Of a DNA stretch of 64,000 bases, positions 11,871-24,309 are shown piece by piece. This stretch comes from Thermodesulfobacteriota bacterium (lineage in GTDB: Bacteria; Desulfobacterota_D; UBA1144; Nemesobacterales; JAJCZQ01): positions 51,032 to 115,031 of the forward strand of contig CBDBDR010000015.1 in assembly GCA_965203965.1 (NCBI GenBank), in the 5' to 3' direction. A program made the position numbers and the translations under genes. Position 1 is the first letter of the stretch. Every line of letters begins with the position of its first letter. The notes below the pieces were generated by a model, which was not told the DNA's origin, made no database searches, and was given only the letters and a program-made list of their open reading frames with translations.

Positions 11871-14800
11871 TTAGTTATTAATCCTGTCAGCCATCTCATT
11901 CTCTTCCATCCGTTTTAGAGCAGCTCTCAACACACTCCATGAGGGCACACCTTTCTGTGATACAGTGTCTTTCTGTTGCAGCCAAGCTACCAGCATCTTT
12001 AACTTGCACTGTGAGATATTTCTATGCTGTTCTTCTGAAATTCTTTCCAATGTGGGATAGTGCAGGCCCAACTTTAGACCAAGGTTCATCCAGTCATTCA
12101 GATCTTCTACAATTTCCAACACATCACACAGATCATTAACAGCTGTGAGTGAAAAAAAAACAGTTTTGTGATCTAAAGTCTGTTTCAAAACATGACACAG
12201 ATGCCAGCATTAGACAACAAGGCTTATGACACTGCATGATAAAAATTACAATCTAATCTTAGTATTGATCAGCATAATGTTTGTTAGAAGCTAGCACAAG
12301 CATCATATTGTAGCCAGGTTTTACTCACAGAGTGTGTCACTGCTAACAGCATCAGGAGCTTCTGGTGGCTCTATGTCCTCTGCTTTCAGTTCTGCTACTT
12401 CCTGTACACACATACATAATACTACTGCACATGTCATTAGCAACAGTGCTCACCAGAGGATTCCTACCGGCAAATATGCTTTGTTTGTTCAGGCAATCTC
12501 TCAGTTCCTTATGGTCTTGTGGTTTCTGCTGGGCCTGTTGGAAGTACCTGAGTACTTCCTGAAAGAGGGAATCTAGAACAGGTTGGCTAGCCATGGTTTC
12601 TTTGAAGAGCTGGCAGACAGATGAGGGTCGTAAGAGATAGTAAGGTTCACAAGATAGAGCATCACTTGTAAGAAACTTGTTTCTTCCTTCCTTTCGATCC
12701 AAAAGAAGCTTATGCTGAAGAAGCATCGACTTTGCTACTGTAGGCATATCAAATAGGTCGATATCAGGCAAGATGTCAAAGGGATAGCGGTCTAGTAGAG
12801 AGGGAGAGATTAGACATTCACATGTGCTCACAACACTGCACAGCTGCTGTTGGAGGTCAAGGATCATCCTAATGACACTGCTAATGATCTCTGCTGCTTC
12901 TGTACTTTTCTCAGACACCAGCACAATAACCCAGCGATTACGATCCACAATCTCTACTACTGTGGACACACCAGAGACGCTCTCCCAGCTAATTCCATTT
13001 CTCCACACCATGCATTGTCGCTCAAGACCACGTAGAGAAGAAGAGGGAGAAAGATGCTTACTGGCCAAAGGAAATGTGAACGCTAGTCGAAGGAGAAGGA
13101 TATGTAGAAAACGATTACTGAAAAATTGATGAGGGTCACTGCATCCCAAACACCAGCCAAACCTAGGAGAGAAGAAAATATCAGGTCGATGCTCTTTAAC
13201 TAAACTTGGGAAAAAGAGATGGCTTGCTCCTAATGGTGATGGTATTAGTGATCCTAAGTTAGTTCCTTGAAGTGCTGAGGGGTCTACTGGACGACAGAAT
13301 TCCATGCTCTCAAGACAGCCCACTAGCATCTCTGAACTATACCGAGGGAAAAACTCTTCTAGGGCTGTAATAGGTACTATTCCAGTATTGCTGGAGAGAG
13401 ATCGGCGATACTGCTTAAAATTGTTGGGAGCAAATAGTGTTCCATTGACGTCTCTCAGTAGCGTCTCTTTCTCTACAACCACCCAGCTAGACTGGGGACG
13501 TCCCTGGTTAAGCACAAAGATAATGAGGCCTTTATCACAGAGGAAGGTTAGTGACTCTATCAGTATAGTAGAGTCAGGAGAAGGAAAATCTTTGTCTGAA
13601 GCAAGAGAAGAGGCCAGCTCTTGTACTGTGCAACTTGACTTCCCAAGCTTTGTTCGAAGAAAAGCATACAACACATGACAGTACAAACTCATGCTGGGCT
13701 GGGATGATAGTATGGCTTGTTGACTGGTTGAGAGGAGAGAACGGAATTGACGTGCCTCTTTGGTTTTTGACCATCGGCAATCCATGCTAACAAATCCTCC
13801 ATATGTCAGCTGCTTCATTCTGCTCTCTGCTATGCTCTCCACTAGTGAGCTCTTCTCCTTGATTTCTCGTGGTGACTTGACCAGGTCAGCATGGCTGCCA
13901 ACTATGATGATGTGTGATGATTCTTTGGCTGAGGTGCAGGCATTCTCGATAAAACTCATCCAGTAGTGTACAGACTCACTGATCTTCTCCATGCACTGGC
14001 TCATATCAACAATATTAACAAAAATAGCAGCAGAATTCTTCATGACACGTTCTAGTACAGCGGCATGACTAGAATAGTACTCTTGCTGGCCAGCGAAATC
14101 ATATAATACCATGTTACCAACCTCCTCCACTTTGCTTTCGATATGAAGAGGTACGATTCCAGCAGTGAGGCATTCTACATTAGAAACACGACCTGATGAT
14201 AGAACTGAGAAAAACCCAGCCTCTTTAGCTGTGGCTAAGAGAAGAATAAGCTGAGATATGGTGGTTTTTCCTGCTCCACTGTATCCAGTTAAGATAACTT
14301 TTGTGATAGCGTGTACAGGGAAGTCCCTCTTGTATTGTGGAAATGACTGAAACAGTTTCAGTATATCATAACTGTCATCATGTTTACTCGCATAGTCTAG
14401 CGGAGTTTTTCCAAACTTGTCCTCGGCCAGAGGGTCTACTTTACCAGTTGACAGTAAGTATAAGATAGTGTGTGTGCAACCATTGCAACAGGCTCGATGA
14501 AGTGGTGTATGACCATTCTTGGTCTTACATGATGGGTCACAGCGTACCTCACTGATGAGATATTGGGTGATGTTGAGATGACCAGAATTACAAGCAAAGT
14601 GAAGCGGCGTATACTCATCATTGTCTTTAATCATTGGATCACAGTGTTGTTCATTGATTAAGTACCTTGTTATCTCCAGGTGACCATTGATAGCGGCATA
14701 GTGCAGAGGAGTGCTTCCATTAGAGTCCCTAGAATTGGCGTCGCACTTGTAATTGGCTATCAGTTCAATGACGAGATTCACCCAGTCGTGGGCAGCTGCC

Positions 14801-14994
14801 AGGTGGAGCAGGGAGACGAGACTAGCAGCCCACCAAACTACTGGAACATTGATCGTTATCGTTCTGGCGCCAGCTGGTTGTCGTGTTTGTGGTAGTAATC
14901 GCTCAGCGTCTAGTTTGTTCCCTCGTTGAAAAGCTACAACGCATTCTCTTTCTAATCGTTCTTGTGAATGCTGTGATGACGTTGCTGTAGACAT
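11871..14994 (-). CDS. Ankyrin-Roc-COR-Death domain protein (DAPK-like architecture without kinase)
   Basis: Exons 14994-12454, 12401-12329 and 12142-11871 splice in frame. Ankyrin repeats (GSTPLHYAAING, YTPLHFAC, HTPLHRAC), P-loop GYSGAGKTT, YDFAGQQEYY, IVGSHAD. Last exon is a death domain (WMNLGLKLGL...MLVAWL...PSWSVLRAAL). Confidence 0.88.
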
Positions 14995-15103
14995 CTAGAC
15001 AGCTTGTACTTGCTGGGAAGGGAGCTAGCGGGCGTGTAGCTCGGCGGGAGGGGCTTGTGACCGATTCGTGTACTCGTTCGTGTACGTGACACGTGACATA
15101 GAC

Positions 15104-16875
15104 ATGTCGGTAACAACTATCAGTAATTCTAGCGGTCCCTCTCTATCTCCGTCACTTCAGTCGGAGCCTCTGTTACGGAAATCAAGCTTCCCGATGGGTA
15201 AGATGCAGCATGATTATACATGTAATATGTATCGTGCTCCAAGCTGCATGCATGAATGTTTGGTAACACCCACTTAATTTTCTGCAGGACTGATGTTGTT
15301 CTAGGCTACAAAGACTTAGAAGGTAAATTTGCTCTGCAGTGCAACAACTATAGGTTCTCTTTTTCTCAGTATACAAGACCAATCCTTTCTACCTGGGATG
15401 CAGTGTAGGACGAGTGACCAACCGCACTGCTGGAGCCCAGTTCACGCTGGATGGTAAAACCTACAAATTGACTGCAAATGCCGGAGACAATCATCTACAC
15501 GGTGGAATAGATGGATTTAACAAAGTGCATATGCTTTTCTGTTACTCTAATAATTATGATTTTATGTCTCTTAGGCTGATTGGAAACTGGAGAGTCGCAC
15601 AGAAACATCGGTTACATACAAACACACTAGTCCAGATGGTGACCAAGGTTACCCAGGTACACTCACGGCTCATGCTCGCTACTCTCTGTGTGGGTCTAAT
15701 GACATGTTGGTGGAGTACTGGGCTGAGACTACTGCTCCTACTCCTGTCAATATGACTAACCATAGCTACTTTAACCTAACTGGAAAGGTATGTATAAAGG
15801 TTTAACTGAGCTACAATGTGTGCAATACTGTTAGGGTACTATAGAGGACCACATACTAACACTGAATGCTGATACCTACACTCCTCTAGACCCTAAGGAT
15901 CTAACTGCTACTGGTAAGAACGATAGTGCATAGACATGTGCACCAGTATAATGTGTAATTTGTAGTATTGGAGCACTTTGTAAAAAGCAAGTTGTGCATA
16001 GTAATACCAGGAGCGTATAAGGGGAAGGAGCGTTTAACTGTTGATAACGAAATCTAAAGTCTGCCGCTTGCGCTCAAAAAGCTTCCTTATAAGGAAGGTT
16101 TTTGCTGGCCGCATATGACGGTGATCATGGCTCTGGCTGAATGCTCGCTTGTTTTAGCTGGAAACGGGCAGGACGAAGCGTGGATGAACATATTATAGGT
16201 AGGAAATAGCGAGCAACAATGCACAAAGAAAGGCCCAAGTTCCAAGTAGCAACAGCGCATGGTGGCAGACTAGCAGTTGAACGCTCCTTCCTACGCTCCT
16301 GGTAATATGTATAGATGTCATGCATTTTTGCAGTGTTTATAGTGGTGTTTGTTGATTCAGGTGAAATTGCTCGACTGACTGATCCAATTGATTTCCAAAA
16401 ACCTCGTCGTGTTGGGGAGAAAATGAGTCAGGTTGGAGAGCGAGGCTATGATCACAACTATTGTCTCAAGAAGACTCCATTGCTTGATGGAGATAAAGAT
16501 CTTCACTGGGCTGCTACGTATGTGAAATGTGTTATTGAAGTTTCTTCACTCTGCGTTAATACAGGCTCAAAGATCCCAACTCCGCGCGGTCGCTTCAGAT
16601 CTTCACTGACCAACCTTGTGTGCAACTGTATGTTGGTGGTTATTTGGATGGAGTAACGCTTGGGAAAGATGACTTACCAATACAGCCTCATGCTGGGCTG
16701 TGCTTGGAGACGCAGCATCATCCCAATGCAGCCAATGAGGTAACAATAAATCTATATGCAGCAACAACACACTATTATTGTTACGATCTCTCTCGCATAG
16801 CCTGCTTTTCCAAGCATCATACTCAAACCAGGTGATAAGTACATCAGCAAAACTCTATGGAAGTGGAGCTGGTAA
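15104..16875 (+). CDS. GALM: Galactose mutarotase (aldose 1-epimerase), multi-exon, with a reading-frame problem in exon 1
   Basis: Spliced motifs [61 protein letters not shown]. Stop TAA at 16873-16875. Confidence 0.9.
16007..16302. mobile_element. MITE in GALM intron
   Basis: TA|CCAGGAGCGTA(taaggg)GAAGGAGCGTTTAACTG ... CAGTTGAACGCTCCTTCCTACGCTCCTGG|TA: ~30 bp inverted termini with one indel. Confidence 0.7.
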
Positions 16876-17020
16876 ACCCAATGACAATAATTATTACATA
16901 ATGTAAAAGTGTGAATTGACTAAGTCAAGTTTTTAGTGATTCTAATGAACACAAGAGATTATTTGAATTGCCTGAAGTTAAAAGCCTGTAATAAATTTCA
17001 AAATGAACTAAAAAATGTCA

Positions 17021-20000
17021 CTAATACACACTCAAGATGAGAGAGAAGGTGAAAGACAGGCTTTTCATATCGATAACCATGTTAGAGCTGAGTTCTGGCC
17101 CCACTGCTAGTACTAGTTCCTCCAGACGAGTCTCCAGTAGTTCTCTTTGCTTATCCTCTAACTGGTAGTTCTCCACTAACTCACGGAAGGGCAGGTATCG
17201 CTGATGGTTCAGACAAATGACCACACTCCCAACGTCAACACTGCTGGAACCAGTCAAACGCTCACGACGTACTCTATCCAGTGACAAGGCATCGCCAGGA
17301 CAACATTCTTCTTGACAGCATTTTTCTTGACAGCTTTCCTTACTACAACAGGGCTAGACTGAAAAACATTAATAAATGTTTTGATCTCCACACTATCTGT
17401 CTGATCGGTGGCTGTGTCCTTTTCTTGAGCTTGTCTCCATTTCTCTCTAGCCTCTTCTTGAGCTTTCTTGACTCCATCCAGTCCACACACCCAATCTGTG
17501 ACAGTACAAGGACTATAGAAGTCGCCAGGAGTGTAGTTAGCTTTGTAACTGAGCTTGTGATTGCTGCCATTCCACCCTTGCAGGTAGTAGTACTTGATGT
17601 TGGGGTTGCGTTCACTTAGTTTCTGTGCAAATTCGATCTCCTTTAGAGCAGAGTAGACTCCGAGAGACAGTTTCTGCATCTCCTTGCTCATAGAATACCA
17701 CATGTACAGGCTCACCACTCCGTTAGGGACAATATCGATTAGTCCAACAGCAACTAGCTTCCCATCCAGCCGATACAACTGGTGATGGGTCCCATACTCG
17801 ATCCCATCAATAGTCTCATTTCTGATCGGGCTATTTACAGTATGCTGTGCATACGAGAACTCTGATTTGGATGGTTTGTTATGTTTGTGTTGATGGTATT
17901 CGTTATAGAGCTCAAACGACTCTCTCACGAACTGGGTAGGGATGGTTTCAATGGTCATACTGTCTGGCACTTTCTTGAGCACTTTCCGATAGCTTTTACG
18001 GGAACGATGGTTGAACTCTGAGAGGATCACTCTTGTCTCCCAGTCACTGCAATTCAAAGAGTGGTTATAACGGAATCGATACATCTTGACAGCTCCTCTG
18101 CGGTACCAGCCATTGTCAATGAGACATTGGTATTGGTGAGGGGTAAGACCATGTGGTCTAAAGACTAGCTCTTCTGAGTGATCATCACTTTCACAATTGC
18201 TGCAGCTTGTGTGGTTGTTACCACATAACCTTCCAACACGAAAAAGCGGTTGATCAGGTGACAGGCCTAGCTTAGAAAGCTGCTGCTTGTCTGTTTCTGA
18301 GAGAAAAGGAGCAGATGGATGTTGTGCAACCAGGAACCTCTCGTCATCTTGAGGAAGAAGAGTGAGTGGAATGCGAGTGATCAACACACTGTCATTATCT
18401 ATGGGCAAAGGAGCTCCTGAAATTACCTCAGGCCATGTCAGACTGTCCTTCAATGCACTCAATAGTTCTTCCTCTTTGTCTTGGCTAACAGATAAAGTGA
18501 AGAGAGCGCTTTTCTCCAGTAGTGTGACTGCCCATCTTTGGAGGTCAGGATTGGCTCGAGTCAGACGATCGTTTTCTATCTTTTTCTGAACACCTCGAAC
18601 AAAACCAAGTTCTCTCAGTCTCACAGCATTTATGTCTAAATCAACTGCTGCAAGGCTAAGCAAGACCGTGTAGCCAGCAACTTTGGCATCACCGGTTGAA
18701 TTGAGTATCTCGTGAGCAGTTCTTAAAACCGGCATTGTCAGCACATAGCACTTATTAACTAGTGCCATGAAGCCAATCGAGGCTATTAAACCTAGAGACT
18801 GCCATACCAGATCCGCAACATTTGCTCTAGTGTGAAGTAGACGAAGGAGAACACTAACAACTCCACACTCTGCAAACATACGCTTGGCAGAGTCTCCTGA
18901 TCCAAGAATGCGCAGAACTCGGCAGCAAGCACCAAGAGTAAGAGCATCAGTGTCAACCATGCGTTGATCAAGAAACGTAAACAATTTCTCATGGAACTTG
19001 TCATCCAATATACCTTGTTTATAGCATGGCTATTTAGTGCTACATTGCCGATGGCATGTATTGATGAGCGAGTGATCTGTGGCTCATAATGACTGCTAAC
19101 CAATGAGTAGAGTTCTTGCATGTATCCCTGCGAGTAAAGGAGATCAGACAGATTCTTGTCGGCTGTAAGACTCAAAACAATTCGACTGAAATGTCCAGCA
19201 TATTCTGTAGCCTCATTGTCGTCATTAGACGACCGCATACCCACCTGTTGGGCCAGAAGAACAATCATCGAAGGCAGCTTAGTAATGGCAAAAGATGTAA
19301 TGTTTTGCAAATATGTATGATACAAACGAATGAGTACAACGACAAGATTAAGAGTGACCGACCGAAGCTCTCTTTTCAACTTTATTGTTGACAATACATT
19401 GACTACCTTGGTATGAAGATCCAAGTCTAGCACTGCTTGAGCCAATTCTTTGCCATTGATGACATGGATTACAGAGTGCACTGTAATGACTAGCAGGCGA
19501 GTTTCGTGCTGAAGATCGTCAACATCTGAAAAGATCTTAGAAAATATTGTTTCAAGAAATGGTTTATTGACAAAGGTTGGTGGTATTCCATTCTTGAAAA
19601 GCCGAACAGTGGTGGAATAGATTGCTAAACGATGCTCAGAAGTGACCAATTGATTTTCGAGAAGATTCTTGATAAAACAGACATGGTTGTTACTGTAAAA
19701 CTTTTGCTTTAGCTTTTCATTTGCAGAATTAACAGTGAAATGACCGCGAACAAAGAATGGCAAGGAAGCTAGATCAGGAGGGAATTGTGACGAGACAGAG
19801 TCAATGGCAGCACAAGTAGGAAGAATGCATAGAGTGGGCCACTTTTCTGTTGCTTCTTTAAGTCGACCAACAATATCATACTGCATCAATAGCTCAATTG
19901 TTGGCTGTTCTTTTATATGAGTACACAGCAACGCCAAAAAATTGGCTATTTCCAAAAGAATTTCTTGATTCTCGCTCACTCCATTAGAAACATCTAAGAT

Positions 20001-21212
20001 CCCTAGAATGAGTGTCATTAGTTCTCGACAGTTCAAACTTGCTGGAATAATAGTGGCAGGATATTTCGTACAACACAACAGAAGAAACTGGATGACCTGC
20101 AATGTAGACCTGTTCTGTTGGACGGCTTGAGCTTGAAGAATGAGAAATATAGCTGACAGCAATGTAGCACCATCAAGCTCACTCATGAAAGAAGGCGAAT
20201 TCTCACACAGTTTCATCATTATCTTCCATATTAGCGACTGACACGCCATAGCCATGGAAAACTTTTGAGCAGCAAAGAGCAAAAGTAGATGAGAAGATTC
20301 TTCAACATACTGATCAGAACTGCTGGGACAAGCTTCAAGAAACTTGATTAAAGCACAAAGCAGCCCGGCTAATTCTTCTTTCTCCATGACATCGTAGCAG
20401 CCAACTAGCATTCTTAGCTTTCTGTGTACGCCATCACTATCAAGCTGTCGAAGGAGTGAGATTGATAGTCGTAAAGGAAATTGCCTACCACAAGCAATGG
20501 CTGGTTGAGTGAGACTACCATAGGTGTCTGTGTCGAATGCCTTGCAGTAAATTGCTGCAAGATTGGACACCAGTTCAGGAGAAGAAAAGGATCGTTGAAA
20601 ACAGACAGAAAGATCGCCTGTCAATTCAATAAGTATAGGTCCTCTAGATGGGTGATCTTTCCAGCTGAAAGACGAAAGAGCTGAGAGCACAGAAGAGACC
20701 ACCGGAAAAGTAGTGGAAGGAGAAGAAATTGGGACAAATTTACTAGCAGCCGAATGACATGCTTTTGTAACATTAGCAATGACATCATCATTGTGCAGGA
20801 ACTTTCTGACCACTCTTTCAACAGCCAGCCACAACCTACACAGAAAACATTAATAATAGAGTGTAAATGTTCTAATTATGAGGTGAAAATTAGTGTCATG
20901 CAAATTAACAAAACTGAATCCAGAAAGTGAAAGTCAACGGAAACATTAATTTCTGACCAACCTTACGAATGCACCGTGTTTGTAGGATATACTTACCTTG
21001 TAAGCTGGAGTGGGGTACATTCCATACTTGTATCCATCAAAATTTCGTTGATAACAGACATGTCAGCATCACAATTTGGGTCAGTTCCTGTGATCACGAA
21101 ATATACAATTTCTAAGTATTCTGGTCTGTTCAAAACAATCCTGACCTGTCGCCATGACACTGTTACATGAAGACCCGTCTTCTCGCTGAACTACAGATTC
21201 ACTGGCTCCCAT
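17021..21212 (-). CDS. Large ARM/HEAT-like helical-repeat protein fused to a divergent arginyl-tRNA--protein transferase (ATE1-like) domain; apparent frameshift near 19015
   Basis: Exons 21212-21146 (MGASES...), 21087-20997 and 20835 onward. ORFs 18792-20834 and 17254-19008 overlap in different frames. ATE-like motifs YQCLIDNGWYRRG, YGTHHQLYRLDGKLVAVGLIDIVPNGVVSLY, SLGVYSALKEI, YYYLQG...KLSYK. The tail (ORF 17021-17287) joins via a possible 38-nt intron. Confidence 0.75.
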
Positions 21213-21338
21213 CCTGTCGATCACCACAGAATCCGAAAACTCGATCGAACTTCTCGGAAAGATCTCCGTTCGTAGGCGGGTCCCGAATTGGCATCACGTG
21301 GATTTGCCGATCTATCACGTGATATAGCCGCCACAAAG

Positions 21339-24031
21339 ATGTCTCTTTCAAGGTAAGATCCACGAGTACAGCTTCTAGAACACACATGAGTCTTATTTCT
21401 TTCTTCTTAGCTTGTTGCCCAAGCCGACCCAGCTAGCCTATGACCCATCAGCTGAAACTGGAGGTGGGAATGCTTCTTACCAAGTATGTCTTAAAACTCA
21501 CTATTCTCTGTCAATGTTGATGTGTGTGTATATTAAACAGCCTGTAACTAAAAAAGAGCCACCACCGTATGGTAGTCGAAGAGGATGGACTCCACGATCA
21601 TTAGAGGTTGTGATATATTGTGTGTTGCTTACTCAATCACTCACTGCTGCTGTTAGGATTATGGCGACGGTGGGGCATTTCCTGAGATACATATAGCTCA
21701 ATATCCACACAATATGGGCAAGAAAAAGGTGACTTTATTTACAGTAGATTGTAGATCCTCCTACTAAACTTCACTATTTGAACCATTTTCATGGCTCTGT
21801 GGCCACGGGTTCAGATAAATGAAGCTGTGTATTTCAGCCATACCTTGAGGATGCTGGCGGGCTTTACATGTTGGGCTACACAACCCATATGGCCATGGGC
21901 GATGCTCTGTATGTTCTTCTGTGTCCAGATTATTGGTGATGATTTTTTGAAAATCTTGCCAGCTTATTGGCAAACTTCTGGTTATGTGTGAGCAAGCTAA
22001 ACTAGTTAGCAGAAAGCCAGAAACATATTTACTCACCATGATGAGTATGGCGGCTTCAACCTTCATTACGACACCTCTGCTTGGGCTTCATGTCCTTGAT
22101 GCTTGTAAATCGGATATTGCCCACGCAATAGTGTTATTAATAACATACCCACAAATTTTATTGCTAACAATCTAGTTGTAGCAAATTTTTCCTATAGCAA
22201 TCGTCAGCAGTAGTGCCGTTACAGCTGGATGCCACTGGTAAGCTGAAGTTTGATGCCTTAGCCAGGATTGGTCAGCGGAAGGATAAGGTAAACTGTTGTT
22301 AGACAGAGATATCACTGCCGCCTCCATTGCTACTTGTCTCTAGGTTGTGCATAGCTCACTACAGGCTATGGTCCCTGCTAATATCAGTGCCAATGACCCT
22401 GGACTAGTTCCTCCTGATGAAGAAGATTTAGAGAAGGTGACAGAAGAGACCAGGCAAGCCCTGGAAAAGCTGGTACAGAAGAAGGTATCAGCAGCTCAGC
22501 CTGTCAAAGCTGCAGAGAAACTGGCACCAGCTCAGTACATTAGGTTAGTATTTTGTTCATGTGATATGCTACTGCACCATCTCCTGCTCCTTAGGTACAC
22601 TCCAAGTCAGCAGGGAGCTGCCTACAATTCTGGAGCCAAGCAAAGGGTTATACGTATGGTTGAAGCCCAGCGTGATCCTATGTCTCCTCCTCGCTTCAAG
22701 ACCAACACCAAAATCCCTCGTGGTCCTCCCTCTCCACCTGCACCTGTGCTCCACTCACCAACAAGAAAAGTAGCCATTGCTATACTTGCCTTCGGTACAG
22801 TCTCATTATACCACCTTCTTTTAGGTTACAGCCAAGGAGCAGCAAGACTGGAAAATCCCTCCTTGCATTTCTAACTGGAAGAACAATCGCGGTTACACCA
22901 TTCCACTGGATAAAAGGCTGGCAGCTGATGGGCGAGGCTTACAGGATCACACTATAAATGACAACTTTGCAAAACTAGCCCAGGCACTGTACATGGCGGA
23001 CAGAGAGGCATGACAAAAATAGGCAACTGTGTACTTCTTATTATTGCCCACTCTACAGGCTAGAATTGCTGTGGAGACTCGTAACCAGCAGGAAAGGAGG
23101 TTTGCTCAAAAGACTCAGGAAGGCAAGGAAGCAAAGCTGAGGGAGCTGGCTAGACAAGCCAGAGATCAACGAGCGGGCATACGAACAGCTGATGCAGGAG
23201 GTGAGAAAGATATAACAAGTGATTTCACCTTGTTGTGATTCACCTTGCTGTGTGCTACCTACAGATGATCAAGAGGTAGCTAAAGAGAGAGATCAGTTGA
23301 GATATGAGCGACACAAAGAGAGGGAAAGAGATCGCAGAATAGCTCGTGCTCATCCTGATAAGCGGTAGCTAAAAATATAGATTACTATATTGCATTGTCA
23401 ATATTTCTCTTCAGGTCTAAGCTAGATCGTAACAAGGACAGAGATATCAGTGAGAAGATTGCTCTTGGAATGCCTACTGGGGCTAATTCACAAGAAACCA
23501 TGTTTGACCAGCGACTATTCAATAAGACACAGGTCAGCAGTCTATACTATCAACTCTACGTCTCTCTCATTTGTAATGTTGCTTCAGGGCTTGGACTCGG
23601 GCTATGGTCTGGAAGATGATACCTACAATGTGTATGATAAACCATGGCGAGCAGCTGGAGGGGCAGGGCAAGCTATATACCGCCCTAGTAAGAATATGGA
23701 CAAGGATATCTATGGTGATGATGTTGAGAAACTTATCAATACTAGCAGGTGAGACAATGTGTTCTCCTTCTCGATTGTTCTGGTCTTTTTTTAGGTTCCA
23801 ACCGGACAAGGAATTCTCAGGCACTGATCGTTCTCGTGTGCGTGATGGTCCGGTACAGTTTGAGAAAGAGGTAGTAGATGAAGATCTGTTTGGACTCAAC
23901 CAGTTCTTGACTGAAGCCAAGAAGGCAAAGCGTCCGACAGACAGCTCCAGGTGAAATACTTATTGTGTCGCTGTAATGTCAACATTCTCTATTGCAGGGA
24001 CAGCTCTCGCTCTAAAAAACCAAAATACTAA
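21339..24031 (+). CDS. SNW1: SNW domain-containing protein 1 (SKIP/Prp45), multi-exon
   Basis: PPPYGSRRGW, YGDGGAFPEIHIAQYP, YIRYTPSQQ, PRGPPSPPAPVLHSPTRK, IPPCISNWKN, DRDISEKIALG, GPVQFEK. Confidence 0.96.
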
Positions 24032-24309
24032 ACTGTTGCAGTCAATTAATTTTTGTCTCAAACACGACATGTTAACTATTATGTCCTCCAATACTGCTGT
24101 TTGATAAAAGTGAAATCAAATGTACCATCAAGTAGTTACCCCACCCTTACGTTTCACAACACAACTGAGCTACAGTGAACTTTTGAACACTTATCATACT
24201 CACTGCCAGGTTCACCAAACCTTCGAATCACATGACTAGCTGACAAACACATTAATGAATGATCATAAAATTCAACTTCAACAGTTAGTAATTATGCTAG
24301 ATGAATGAA

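Noticed and set aside
18792..19008. Hydrophobic C-terminus of ORF 18792-20834 as a transmembrane anchor
   Set aside because: Most likely out-of-frame read-through past the frame break, because the overlapping frame continues the ARM-like pattern.
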